A stretch of 32,000 nucleotides of DNA, taken from NCBI RefSeq assembly GCF_000011325.1, contig NC_003450.3:2010001-2042000 (forward strand), written 5' to 3'. Under the pieces are notes generated by a model. The model was not told where the DNA came from and made no database searches. It was given only the letters and a program-made list of their open reading frames with translations. A program made the position numbers and the translations under genes. Position 1 is the first letter of the stretch; every line of letters starts with the position of its first letter. The stretch comes from Corynebacterium glutamicum ATCC 13032. Lineage in GTDB: Bacteria; Actinomycetota; Actinomycetes; Mycobacteriales; Mycobacteriaceae. Positions 6,254 through 15,422 of the stretch are shown here, piece after piece.

Positions 6254-7966
6254 TTACCACTTTCGCAGGTAGTCAATGCGTGCCCGGAGTTGTTCGGCGC
6301 TACAAAGTGCCGTTGGTGGGCCACCGCAGTGTTTACGTGCTTCGGTGTGGATTGCGCCGTGTGGGCGGCCGGTGCGTCCAGAGGTGATAGACACGATGGT
6401 GTTGAGTTCTTTGCGCAGACGCGGGATCTCATCACTGGCTACTTCTTCCACGGGTTTTTCGTGGATTTCGGCTTCGCGTTGCTGTTGTTTTTCCAATTCC
6501 TTGCGGCGTTTTTCGGCAGCGTCGCGGGCGTCGAGTTGTTCTTCTTGGCGTTTGCGGAGAAGCTCACGCATTTGTTCTGCGTCCAACAGTCCTGGGAGTC
6601 CCAGGTAGTCGGCTTCTTCGGCGGAGCCAGAGAAAGTGCCGGTGCCGTAGGTGGAACCGTCATAGATGAGGGAATCTAGTTCGGCTTCGGCGCCCAAGGA
6701 TTCGTACTTCGGCATGTCATCCGGTTCGGATTCCTTGCGGTTGGCTTCTTGGAGGAGTTCATCGTCCCATCCTTCTTTGGGGCGGTGTGGTTTTCCAAGG
6801 ACGTGGTCGCGGGAGACTTCCAGCTTTTCTGCGAGTTCCAGGAGTACTGGTACCGAAGGCAGGAACACGGATGCAGTTTCACCGGGCATGCGTGATCGCA
6901 CGAAGCGGCCAATTGCCTGAGCGAAGAACAGTGGTGTGGAGGCGGATGTGGCGTACACACCAACTGCGAGACGCGGGACGTCCACGCCTTCTGACACCAT
7001 GCGCACGGCGACCATCCACTCGTCGGTGGAGGCAGAGAATTCATCGATGCGCTCGGAAGCTCCGGCTTCATCGGACAAAATCACGGCCACGGGAGTAGAT
7101 GATAAGGTGCCCAAGATTTTGGCGTAGGCACGCGCTGTCTTGGTGTCTGAGGCGATCACCAGACCACCTGCATCGGGAATGTTTTGGCGCAGCTGCATCA
7201 ACCGGGTGTGGGCAGCTGACAACACGGCTGGGATCCAGTCACCTTTGGGGTCTAGTGCGGTACGCCAAGCTTTGGCTGTTTGTTCCGCATTGAGCGGTTC
7301 GCCCAACCGGGCTGCGTACTCTTCACCTGCACTGTCTCTCCAGCGTGCTTCACCCGAGTAGGCCAGGAAGACAACTGGGCGGACGACGCCGTCGGCAAGC
7401 GCTTCCGAATAACCGTAAGTGTGGTCGGACTTGGAAACCAGATGGCCTTCGTCGTCTTCCTGATAGCGCACAAATGGAATTTGTGAATCATCAGAACGAA
7501 ACGGTGTACCGGTCAGCGCGAGGCGGTGCTCTGCATCGCGGTAAGCCTGGCTGATGCCGTCGCCCCAGCTCTTGGCGTCGCCGCCGTGGTGGATCTCATC
7601 CAAGATCACTAAACTGCGGCGTGCCATGGTCAACTGATAGTGCTTGAACGGGTGCATGGACACCTGCGCATAGGTCACACAGATGCCGTCGTATGCGGGA
7701 TTAATGCTGCCGGAGTTTTTAAACTCTGGGTCCAGCGCCAACCCCACTCGGGCGGCCGCCTGCGACCACTGCACTTTCAGGTGCTCGGTGGGGACCACAA
7801 CGATGATGCGGTCAACAGTGCGGGATGCTTTTAGTTCCGTGGCTACGCGCAACGCAAACGTAGTTTTACCTGCGCCGGGGGTTGCCACGGCGAGGAAGTC
7901 ACGGGGTTTGTTTGCTAGAAAATTATCCAGAGCTGCGCGCTGCCACGCTCTTAGATTAGAACTCAC
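6254..7966 (-). CDS. Superfamily-2 helicase (DEAD/DEAH, type III restriction Res-like / UvsW-XPB-like core), 570 aa
   Basis: Helicase motifs readable: motif I ATPGAGKT, motif II ILDEIHH, motif III ALTGTPFRSD, motif VI QAIGRFVR. There is a C-terminal charged coiled-coil-like stretch (RELLRKRQEEQLDARDAAEKRRKELEKQQQREAE). The GTG start at 7966 overlaps the stop of the upstream gene (GTGA). Confidence 0.9.
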   Translation of the reverse strand: MSSNLRAWQRAALDNFLANKPRDFLAVATPGAGKTTFALRVATELKASRTVDRIIVVVPTEHLKVQWSQAAARVGLALDPEFKNSGSINPAYDGICVTYAQVSMHPFKHYQLTMARRSLVILDEIHHGGDAKSWGDGISQAYRDAEHRLALTGTPFRSDDSQIPFVRYQEDDEGHLVSKSDHTYGYSEALADGVVRPVVFLAYSGEARWRDSAGEEYAARLGEPLNAEQTAKAWRTALDPKGDWIPAVLSAAHTRLMQLRQNIPDAGGLVIASDTKTARAYAKILGTLSSTPVAVILSDEAGASERIDEFSASTDEWMVAVRMVSEGVDVPRLAVGVYATSASTPLFFAQAIGRFVRSRMPGETASVFLPSVPVLLELAEKLEVSRDHVLGKPHRPKEGWDDELLQEANRKESEPDDMPKYESLGAEAELDSLIYDGSTYGTGTFSGSAEEADYLGLPGLLDAEQMRELLRKRQEEQLDARDAAEKRRKELEKQQQREAEIHEKPVEEVASDEIPRLRKELNTIVSITSGRTGRPHGAIHTEARKHCGGPPTALCSAEQLRARIDYLRKW

Positions 7967-8202
7967 TTCTTACGCATGCCCTTAAAGATTCGCTCACAGT
8001 CCGGGCACACTGGGGAGCCTGGCTTTGCTTGTTTGGTAACTGGGAAGGTTTCACCGCATAGGGCAACAACCATGCGACCACTAACGGCGGACTCCACGAT
8101 TTGGTCCTTCTTCACGTAGTGGAAGAACTTCGGGGTGTCGTCGCTTGTCGCGTTATCTTCCCTGACATCGGGACGTTCAATGGTCTTTGTTGTTGTTCTC
8201 AC
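7963..8202 (-). CDS. DUF3039-like small Cys-containing protein, 79 aa
   Basis: FFHYVKKDQIVESAVSGRMVVALCGETFPVTKQAKPGSPVCPDCERIF matches the actinobacterial DUF3039 pattern as I remember it. The start is GTG at 8202. The stop overlaps the helicase start by 4 nt. Confidence 0.8.
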   Translation of the reverse strand: MRTTTKTIERPDVREDNATSDDTPKFFHYVKKDQIVESAVSGRMVVALCGETFPVTKQAKPGSPVCPDCERIFKGMRKK

Positions 8203-8259
8203 TTAACCCATCATGCCCCAGATTCCTCCGTTGTCACTAAACGGACTACCCTGTTCGGT

Positions 8260-8757
8260 ATGAACCAGCGAAAAGACCGACCCGACGGAACGTCCGACGA
8301 GTCGGAGCATTCGCCAAAGAAGCGACTACGGAAGTTGTTTCACCGCAACGAAGTGCTTCTGATTACCGACAAGAAGCGCACGCCCATGCAAGATATGCGC
8401 CATCGGCGGCGTATTTACAACGTGATTCAGGCGTTGCGTATCCCCTTGCTTATTTTGGCGGGTGTGTCGTGGGTTATGTGGCATGCGTGGGTTTTGTCGA
8501 TCATCATATTTATTATCTCAATACCCCTTCCGTGGGTGGCTGTGGTGATCGCCAATGGGCATGGGTCTCCGCGTGATCCGCGTGAGAAAAATGTTTATAA
8601 GCCGGGGCTGGTGCGTGAGATGAATGAACGCGCGCAACTGGAGGCTCAACAGGCGCAGCAGCTAGAAAATCGCTCGACCGAGGTAGATATCAGGCGCACT
8701 TTTGATGGAATCATCATCGATGCTCAGGAAGAAAAAGACACCAATGACAATGACTAG
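8260..8757 (+). CDS. DUF3099-like small membrane protein, 165 aa
   Basis: Track ORF 8101..8757 trimmed to ATG 8260 (MNQRKDRPDG...); the earlier part overlaps the divergent DUF3039 gene. It has two adjacent TM helices (IPLLILAGVSWVMWHAWVLSIIIFIISIPLPWVAVVIANG) after a basic N-terminus. TACCCT lies 7 nt upstream of the ATG. Confidence 0.75.
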   Translation: MNQRKDRPDGTSDESEHSPKKRLRKLFHRNEVLLITDKKRTPMQDMRHRRRIYNVIQALRIPLLILAGVSWVMWHAWVLSIIIFIISIPLPWVAVVIANGHGSPRDPREKNVYKPGLVREMNERAQLEAQQAQQLENRSTEVDIRRTFDGIIIDAQEEKDTNDND

Positions 8758-10279
8758 AACTCCGCTCACTCAGGCTGCAGCGACGCTGAAGGCACGGTTC
8801 CGTGAGATCGGCTACACCACTTCGGGCATCAATAATGTGCTGGGCCCGGATTTCGTGGCTGCCATGCACGCCGGTCAGCCGGCCGCAGTGCGCTTTCACC
8901 TCGATTCCTTGCCGGAATCAGACCTCAACCTCGCCCTACGGGCGTTCGTGTTGAGGGACCAGGTGCGCGTCGAAAAGCTTGCTGCTTTGCTCGGGGAAGC
9001 ACTCAAGACGCTTGTCGACGCCTCTCTCGTTGAAATTTCCGGTGAGTACGCCCAATTCTTAATTGATATTCGTCCGCATTTGATTGCTGGGCGTCAGCAG
9101 TGGGTATTTTCTGATGCTGATGCGTCCATGACTCAACATGTTCCAGGCCCTGATCATGTGTTGGGTGTCGGTGCGGCCAGCCTGTCGTTGTTGCAAGCAA
9201 CGCCGACCTCCCCCACTGGTTCCGTGTTGGATTTGGGTACTGGTTCGGGTATTCAGGTGCTTGGTCAGGCAGGTGCCGCGCAGGAAATCATCGCCACCGA
9301 TGTGCATCCGCGCGCTCTCGATTTCGCTGAAGCCACGCTTGTTGATTCCGGCATTCCCACGCAGTTGGTGGAGGGCAGCTGGTTTGAACCGGTTCGCGGG
9401 CGCACCTTTGACCGCATCATCGCCAACCCGCCGTTCGTGGTGGGACCACCGGAAATTGGGCATGTGTACCGCGATTCCGGCATGGATCTAGACGGCGCGA
9501 CCGCGTTGGTGGTCAAAGAAGCCTGCGCGCATCTCAACCCTGGTGGCACCGCTCACCTGCTCGGCGCATGGGTGCATTCCGCGGATCAATCGTGGCAGCA
9601 GCGCGTTGCAGAATGGTTGCCGGATAACGGTTATGTTGCTTGGGTTATTGAGCGCGACGCCGTGAGCCCCGCGCAGTATGTGGGCACGTGGCTTAGTGAT
9701 GAGTCCCTCGATCTGCGTAGCCCCGAGGCAGCAGCACGCACCACCGCGTGGCTTAACCACTTTGAAAAAGCCAAGGTTCAAGGCGTTGGTTTTGGTTTCA
9801 TCGCCATCCAACGTCTGGAGGAAGACGAGGCGGATGAGAAATCCGATATCTTGGCTGAATCCATGACCCAGTACTTCGAGGATCCTCTCGGCCCTGAAAT
9901 TGAGGAGTACTTCACCCGCACCGCATGGCTTCGTGAACAAACTCGCGATTCCATTCTGAGCTCCCGCTTCAAAGTTCGCCCTGGCGTGGCCCGGGAACAA
10001 ATCAGCCTGGCCGATGCGGAAGAAGGCATGGGCTTTAGTCCTGTCACGTTGAGGCTCACCCGCACCGATGGTCCTCGTTGGTCCCATGATGTTGATGAGC
10101 ATGTGGCTTCCATCGTCGCAGGACTTAACCCACATGGACTCCCCTTTGAAGAAATCCTGGAAATGTACGCGATGGCTCAAGGTATCGAGGGAGAATCCCT
10201 GCACAACGGCGCCATTGCGGCGTTGGTGGATCTCATCCGCCACGGATTGGTGTTGCCCGCTGATCTTCTCGATTCTTAA
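8744..10279 (+). CDS. Class I SAM-dependent methyltransferase with NPPF motif (N6-adenine / N5-glutamine / m2G type), ~511 aa
   Basis: SAM-binding motif I is VLDLGTGSGIQVLGQA and catalytic motif IV is IIANPPFV. Start ATG 8744 (MTMTRTPL) is chosen; it overlaps the end of the DUF3099 gene by 14 nt. 8702 and 8750 are alternatives. Confidence 0.85.
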   Translation: MTMTRTPLTQAAATLKARFREIGYTTSGINNVLGPDFVAAMHAGQPAAVRFHLDSLPESDLNLALRAFVLRDQVRVEKLAALLGEALKTLVDASLVEISGEYAQFLIDIRPHLIAGRQQWVFSDADASMTQHVPGPDHVLGVGAASLSLLQATPTSPTGSVLDLGTGSGIQVLGQAGAAQEIIATDVHPRALDFAEATLVDSGIPTQLVEGSWFEPVRGRTFDRIIANPPFVVGPPEIGHVYRDSGMDLDGATALVVKEACAHLNPGGTAHLLGAWVHSADQSWQQRVAEWLPDNGYVAWVIERDAVSPAQYVGTWLSDESLDLRSPEAAARTTAWLNHFEKAKVQGVGFGFIAIQRLEEDEADEKSDILAESMTQYFEDPLGPEIEEYFTRTAWLREQTRDSILSSRFKVRPGVAREQISLADAEEGMGFSPVTLRLTRTDGPRWSHDVDEHVASIVAGLNPHGLPFEEILEMYAMAQGIEGESLHNGAIAALVDLIRHGLVLPADLLDS

Positions 10280-10292
10280 ATAAGGACTGATT

Positions 10293-10727
10293 GTGAAAGC
10301 CGTTTTAACCCGTGTGAGTTCCGCCAGCGTCAGCGTGGATGATGAAATTGTTGGAGCCATCGATTGCCCCGACACCGGAGGCATTTTGGCGCTGGTTGGA
10401 GTCGGCGCTGCTGATAGCGACGACGCCTGGGAAACCATGGTGCGAAAAATTGCTGAGCTGCGCATCTTGGATGGCGAACAATCCGTCAGTGATGTCAATG
10501 CTCCCGTACTGCTTGTTAGCCAATTCACCCTGCATGGTCGCACCGCAAAAGGCCGGCGCCCATCGTGGTCTGATGCAGCACCTGGTGAGGTGGCTGAGCC
10601 GGTGATTGAAAAGATTGCACAAGGTTTACGTGAGCGCGGAATCACCGTGGAACAAGGACGATTCGGCGCAATGATGAAGGTCACATCGGTTAACGAAGGC
10701 CCCTTCACCGTTTTGGTCGAGTGCTAG
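10293..10727 (+). CDS. dtd: D-aminoacyl-tRNA deacylase
   Basis: At 144 aa it has typical Dtd length and carries the SQFTL motif ([20 protein letters not shown]) and the C-terminal NEGPFT motif. GTG start at 10293 is preceded by AAGGA. Confidence 0.9.
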
Positions 10728-10792
10728 CCAGTCAATCCTAAGAGCTTGAAACGCCCCAATGTGGGGGTGTTAAGAACTCCATAAAAGCGCTT

Positions 10793-10822
10793 GGGAACTT
10801 TTTGTGGAAGCAGTCCGTTGAA
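10793..10822 (+). promoter_or_regulatory. ECF (SigH/SigE-type) promoter motif GGGAAC-N17-CGTTGAA upstream of sigB
   Basis: GGAA at 10794-10797 and GTT at 10817-10819 are separated by 19 nt. The -10 element reads CGTTGAA. It lies ~32 nt upstream of the sigB ATG with AGGAGG in between. Stress-ECF control of sigB is established in Mycobacterium and Corynebacterium. Confidence 0.55.
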
Positions 10823-10853
10823 CCTCTTGAACCGCGAATTTAGGAGGCCAGTT

Positions 10854-11849
10854 ATGACAGCACCGTCCACGCAGGATCTCGCAACGACTGAACGTGAGGT
10901 AGATCCCGGCAGCAGAAGGGGCCAAACCAACGACAATCCCTCGCAGGACCTTGTTCGCGTTTACCTCAACGGCATCGGCAAAACTGCCTTGCTTACCGCG
11001 GAGGATGAAGTTGAGCTCGCACAGACCATTGAGGTTGGCCTTTATGCAGAGCACCTTCTGAAAAACTCTGAAGAGCCACTCACCCGCGCCATGAAGCGCG
11101 ATCTAAAGGTTCTTGCCAAGGACGGCAAGAAGGCTCGTTCCCACCTCCTCGAGGCAAACCTGCGCCTGGTGGTGTCCCTTGCTAAGCGCTACACCGGCCG
11201 CGGCATGCCACTGCTGGATCTTATCCAGGAGGGCAACCTCGGACTGATCCGCGCGATGGAAAAGTTTGATTACTCCAAGGGCTTTAAGTTCTCCACCTAC
11301 GCAACCTGGTGGATCCGCCAGGCAATCACCCGCGGCATGGCAGATCAGTCCCGCACCATCCGCCTCCCAGTCCACCTTGTGGAGCAGGTGAACAAGCTTT
11401 CCCGCATCAAGCGCGAGTTGTACCAGCACTTGGGCCGTGAAGCCACCAATGAGGAACTCGCAGAAGAGTCCGGCATTGAAGAGTCCAAGATTGAAATGCT
11501 GCTTCGTCAGTCTCGCGATCCAGTGAGCTTGGACATGCCAGTCGGCGCCGATGAAGAAGCTCCTTTGGGTGACTTCATTGAGGATTCTGAGGCCACCGAT
11601 GCAGAATCCGCAGTGGTTGCTTCCATGCGCCACTCCGATATCCGCGCGGTCCTTAACACTCTCGAGCCACGCGAGCAGGATGTCATCCGTTTGCGCTACG
11701 GCCTCGATGACGGTGTGCCACGCACCCTTGATCAGATTGGTCGCCGCTTCGGACTGTCCCGTGAGCGCGTCCGCCAGATAGAGCGTGAAGTCATGAGTAA
11801 GCTCCGCGATGGAGAGCGCGCATCACGTCTTCGTGAGTACGCCCAGTAA
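10854..11849 (+). CDS. sigB: Group 2 (principal-like, stress/transition phase) sigma factor, 331 aa
   Basis: Track ORF 10791..11849 trimmed to ATG 10854, directly after AGGAGG (10842-10847). Regions 2-4 are nearly identical to SigA: [58 protein letters not shown]; [11 protein letters not shown]; [28 protein letters not shown]. It lacks the long N-terminal extension. Confidence 0.95.
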   Translation: MTAPSTQDLATTEREVDPGSRRGQTNDNPSQDLVRVYLNGIGKTALLTAEDEVELAQTIEVGLYAEHLLKNSEEPLTRAMKRDLKVLAKDGKKARSHLLEANLRLVVSLAKRYTGRGMPLLDLIQEGNLGLIRAMEKFDYSKGFKFSTYATWWIRQAITRGMADQSRTIRLPVHLVEQVNKLSRIKRELYQHLGREATNEELAEESGIEESKIEMLLRQSRDPVSLDMPVGADEEAPLGDFIEDSEATDAESAVVASMRHSDIRAVLNTLEPREQDVIRLRYGLDDGVPRTLDQIGRRFGLSRERVRQIEREVMSKLRDGERASRLREYAQ

Positions 11850-11871
11850 AAGCGTGAACTAACAATCGAAG

Positions 11872-11906
11872 CGTCGGGGCCCACCTACCGTGGCCTCGGC
11901 GTTTTA
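11872..11906 (+). terminator. Rho-independent terminator of sigB
   Basis: cgtcggggcc (11872-11881) pairs with ggcctcggcg (11892-11901): 10 bp including 2 G-U pairs, with a 10-nt loop, followed by TTTTA. Confidence 0.6.
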
Positions 11907-12265
11907 GTGGTTCCTGGACCATATTTTACCGGCGAGTCCCAAGGCGTGAGATGACAGATCAGGTAACTTTAGTTATTATTCGCTAGACTTTAATACGTTC
12001 AACTGAAGTAAAACCACGGATACGGGGAAGTTTTCTTTCCTATTAACAACATGCGCCAGCATCACTACTGTCGATGGAGATCCCTCATCAGTCGATCGAT
12101 AGAAAAATCAGTAGACTATGTGGAAGTGTGTTCTCTGTCGAGCTCATTCTCCTTGAACATTTCACGTGTTTTAAGAAGTGTTTTTAAGAGAATACGCATT
12201 GAAGTAGTTTTCCCTGCTGGCAGCGGCATAAATTGAGTTTGGAAAAACAAGGAAGGCAGCCTCCT

Positions 12266-12952
12266 GTGAAGGATCTGGTCGATACCACCGAAATGTATCT
12301 GCGCACTATTTACGAGCTGGAAGAAGAGGGCATTGTTCCTCTGCGTGCTCGTATCGCAGAACGCCTTGAGCAGTCCGGCCCAACTGTCAGCCAGACTGTC
12401 GCCCGTATGGAACGCGACGGTCTTGTGCACGTCAGCCCCGACCGCAGCCTCGAAATGACTCCAGAGGGACGTTCCCTCGCCATCGCCGTGATGCGTAAGC
12501 ACCGCCTAGCAGAACGCCTCCTTACCGACATCATCGGCTTGGACATCCACAAAGTCCACGACGAAGCATGCCGCTGGGAGCACGTGATGAGTGATGAGGT
12601 TGAACGTCGCCTCGTTGAAGTTCTTGACGATGTGCATCGCTCCCCTTTCGGTAACCCAATTCCTGGCCTCGGCGAAATCGGTTTGGATCAAGCAGATGAG
12701 CCTGATTCCGGCGTTCGTGCCATCGATCTGCCTCTCGGTGAGAACCTGAAGGCTCGCATCGTACAGCTCAACGAGATCCTGCAGGTAGATCTTGAGCAGT
12801 TCCAGGCACTCACCGACGCGGGTGTTGAAATCGGTACCGAAGTAGACATCATCAATGAGCAGGGCCGGGTCGTGATCACCCACAACGGCTCCAGCGTAGA
12901 ACTGATTGACGATCTTGCACATGCAGTCCGCGTAGAAAAGGTTGAGGGCTAA
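12266..12952 (+). CDS. dtxR: Iron-dependent transcriptional repressor (DtxR/IdeR family), 228 aa
   Basis: Begins (V)[52 protein letters not shown] with metal-site residues in [11 protein letters not shown]...[12 protein letters not shown], and has a C-terminal SH3-like domain. Track ORF trimmed to GTG 12266, preceded by AAGGAAGG (12249-12256). Confidence 0.95.
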   Translation: MKDLVDTTEMYLRTIYELEEEGIVPLRARIAERLEQSGPTVSQTVARMERDGLVHVSPDRSLEMTPEGRSLAIAVMRKHRLAERLLTDIIGLDIHKVHDEACRWEHVMSDEVERRLVEVLDDVHRSPFGNPIPGLGEIGLDQADEPDSGVRAIDLPLGENLKARIVQLNEILQVDLEQFQALTDAGVEIGTEVDIINEQGRVVITHNGSSVELIDDLAHAVRVEKVEG

Positions 12953-12958
12953 CACACG

Positions 12959-13948
12959 ATGAAGCTTCTGGTTACCGGTGGCGCTGGCTATGTTGGCAGC
13001 GTTGCTGCCGCTGTTCTTCTAGAACATGGGCACGATGTCACAATCATTGACAATTTCAGTACCGGCAACCGTGAAGCAGTCCCTGCTGACGCTCGCCTGA
13101 TAGAAGGTGACGTCAACGATGTCGTTGAGGAAGTCCTTTCTGAAGGCGGATTCGAGGGTGTCGTCCACTTCGCTGCTCGCTCATTGGTAGGCGAATCAGT
13201 GGAAAAGCCCAATGAATACTGGCACGACAATGTGGTCACGGCGCTCACCTTGCTCGATGCAATGCGTGCCCATGGGGTGAACAACCTTGTGTTCTCCTCC
13301 ACTGCTGCTACCTACGGTGAACCAGACGTTGTTCCCATCACCGAGGACATGCCCACCCAGCCCACCAATGCTTATGGCGCAACGAAGCTGTCCATCGACT
13401 ACGCAATTACGTCCTACGCTGCTGCCTTTGGTCTGGCTGCAACCAGCTTGCGCTACTTCAACGTTGCTGGCGCATACGGAAACATCGGTGAAAATCGTGA
13501 AGTTGAAACTCACCTCATTCCACTAGTGCTGCAGGTAGCAACCGGTCACCGCGAGAAAACCTTCATGTTCGGCGATGACTGGCCAACTCCCGATGGAACC
13601 GCGGTCCGCGATTACATCCACATTCTTGATCTTGCCAAAGCACACGTGTTGGCTTTGGAATCCAACGAAGCCGGTAAGCACCGCATTTTCAACCTTGGTT
13701 CCGGAGATGGCTACAGCGTGAAACAGGTTGTGGAGATGTGCCGTGAAGTAACCGGACATCCCATCCCGGCAGAGGTCGCACCCAGGCGTGCAGGAGATCC
13801 AGCAACACTAATTGCATCTTCTGAGAAGGCAAAGCAAGAACTGGGTTGGACCCCTGAGCACACTGATCTGCGCACCATCGTTGAGGACGCTTGGGCGTTT
13901 ACATCCGCACTGGGCGATCGTTCCCATGCTGCAAAGAAGAAAGCTTAA
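12959..13948 (+). CDS. galE: UDP-glucose 4-epimerase
   Basis: [14 protein letters not shown] is the Rossmann motif and YGATKL contains the YxxxK catalytic motif of the SDR family. It is 329 aa and starts 6 nt after the dtxR stop, which suggests an operon. Confidence 0.92.
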   Translation: MKLLVTGGAGYVGSVAAAVLLEHGHDVTIIDNFSTGNREAVPADARLIEGDVNDVVEEVLSEGGFEGVVHFAARSLVGESVEKPNEYWHDNVVTALTLLDAMRAHGVNNLVFSSTAATYGEPDVVPITEDMPTQPTNAYGATKLSIDYAITSYAAAFGLAATSLRYFNVAGAYGNIGENREVETHLIPLVLQVATGHREKTFMFGDDWPTPDGTAVRDYIHILDLAKAHVLALESNEAGKHRIFNLGSGDGYSVKQVVEMCREVTGHPIPAEVAPRRAGDPATLIASSEKAKQELGWTPEHTDLRTIVEDAWAFTSALGDRSHAAKKKA

Positions 13949-15078
13949 GCTTTCGGATCGGGGACGTGAAAGTCCCGCAATTGCTGGTTGCCGCGGAGGC
14001 AGGCGTCGATAAGCTTTGTTGTTTCGCCGTTGAACAACCCTTCGCGCAGCAGATTGCTCAAGTTGTGCCGCGGCGTGGCTTCGATGGCTGCTTCCAGCGC
14101 CGGTGAGGCCTTCATGCTCAGCCCCATGGCGATGACCGACAATGCGTAAAGGCACAGAGCATTAGATCGGAACTCGCCTGTGAAGGTACATGCCGCAGCG
14201 CGCAGGAGCAGCGTGGCTTCCCGAGGGAAGTCGACGCACAGGTGAAGGACGGCGTCGCGGAGAAAACTCCCTGCCATATAGGTGGCTACCGTCTGTAAAA
14301 TATCCACCTCCCCCAAAAGGCCATCAAAATTTTCGGCGCCAGATGATGAATCAATGTAGTTGGCTTTGACGAATTCGAGCGCACGGGTAAGTACATCAAG
14401 CGAAGTGAGGTAGTAATAGCCCGAATCATCGGCATTAATCTGGTGCTGAATGTCCTCGGCCAGCGTGCGGGCGTCTTTTTCAAGCTTTTTGCGTTTCGAC
14501 GCCGACACATGCGGATTATTTTGCTCAAACAGGGCGTACGCTTCATGTCGATTAAGCTCCGGCAATTGCCCTTCCTGAAGCATCCTCTTTGTTGCAGCGG
14601 CAGAACTAATCGGTGCAATCCGCCCAAATTCCCATTCAGAGATTCCGTGATCATCTGCTGCTAGTGCCTCTGGCTCCGGACCGAAGCACAGCATGTATGG
14701 CTCACTGCTGATCACTTCCTTGGTGTACCAGCAACCAGTGATGTTGACGATCCCCTGCTCAGCGGTGGCTAAAAGCTGCTCGAGGGTGTCATCGAGTGCA
14801 TTGGGCGGAAGCTCTTTGGTAATAAGGAAAGCGAAAATCCGAGTTGGATTGAAAGAATCTACTGCTTGACCCACATCGGGCAACAATCTGGTGTCTCCCA
14901 CATCAAGTCGGATCACAGGACCCAGCGTTAAAGTTGTGGCATCATCTTCCTGCATCATGCAGGCCAACACGATGGATTCAGAAGGGTAGAAACCGAGGAT
15001 TCCAGGAATATTGGCCAGCAATTGGCCGGGGGTTTGAAGGACGGTTGTTGGTTCGTTTCGGTGTGCTTTAGCGGTCAT
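13945..15078 (-). CDS. DUF4192-like protein of unknown function, 378 aa
   Basis: N-terminus [41 protein letters not shown] resembles the DUF4192 N-terminal signature. Start 15078 is chosen: cATACT lies 7 nt upstream and there is no SD. The track start 15270 and the internal ATG at 15219 remain possible. Confidence 0.7.
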   Translation of the reverse strand: MTAKAHRNEPTTVLQTPGQLLANIPGILGFYPSESIVLACMMQEDDATTLTLGPVIRLDVGDTRLLPDVGQAVDSFNPTRIFAFLITKELPPNALDDTLEQLLATAEQGIVNITGCWYTKEVISSEPYMLCFGPEPEALAADDHGISEWEFGRIAPISSAAATKRMLQEGQLPELNRHEAYALFEQNNPHVSASKRKKLEKDARTLAEDIQHQINADDSGYYYLTSLDVLTRALEFVKANYIDSSSGAENFDGLLGEVDILQTVATYMAGSFLRDAVLHLCVDFPREATLLLRAAACTFTGEFRSNALCLYALSVIAMGLSMKASPALEAAIEATPRHNLSNLLREGLFNGETTKLIDACLRGNQQLRDFHVPDPKA

Positions 15079-15422
15079 GCTGCACAGTATGTCCGGACTT
15101 TGTGGAGATGTCTCCCCTGCTTCCTGCGGCGAGCGCGAAAACTGTGGATAACTGAAGTTATCCACAGGCACCTTTTCGATTTCCACCAAACCCGCACGTA
15201 GATCGAGTTCCCGTTTCATGAAATTGGTGGACGAAAACCAGGTTTGGAGTTTAGACTTGGCGAAATTCACGAAAACTATTTATTGCCGGGCTACCTGGAT
15301 GAACATCGGTGTAATTTTAGGGATTATTTTCGAGGGTCCCCACGTTGTACTGAGCAGTTGCCAATACGGTTGCCAGTCCGAAATTTAAAAAATGGTGGCT
15401 TAGAGCTATAAAAGGAGGAAAA

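Noticed and set aside
5972-6679. Plus-strand ORF of 235 aa
   Set aside because: It is antisense to both the DUF4190-like gene and the helicase 3' end, crosses their intergenic hairpin, and has no motifs.
9488-10708. Long minus-strand ORF of 406 aa
   Set aside because: It is antisense to the methyltransferase and dtd, both of which have clear catalytic motifs. Its composition is Arg/Ala/Ser-rich, shadow-like, and no SD is present.
11103-11633. Minus-strand ORF of 176 aa inside sigB (similar to the one inside sigA)
   Set aside because: It is an antisense shadow. Its resemblance to the sigA antisense ORF simply mirrors sigA/sigB sequence conservation.
11959-11977. DtxR/IdeR-box-like sequence tcaggtaactttagttatt upstream of dtxR
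   Set aside because: Only about 9 of 19 positions match TTAGGTTAGSCTAACCTAA and the dyad symmetry is poor.
12051-12265. Track ORF 12051..12236 (61 aa) and the 11-codon upstream extension of dtxR (12233..12265)
   Set aside because: The region is AT-rich promoter-like DNA with atypical codon usage and no SD. The GTG at 12266 has an AAGGAAGG SD and gives the canonical 228-aa DtxR N-terminus (M)[11 protein letters not shown].
15079-15270. Upstream 64 codons of the track ORF 13945..15270
   Set aside because: The DUF4192-type conserved N-terminus begins right after the ATG at 15078, which has a leaderless-type -10 context. The upstream part looks non-conserved. This is not fully excluded, hence the reduced confidence on the start.
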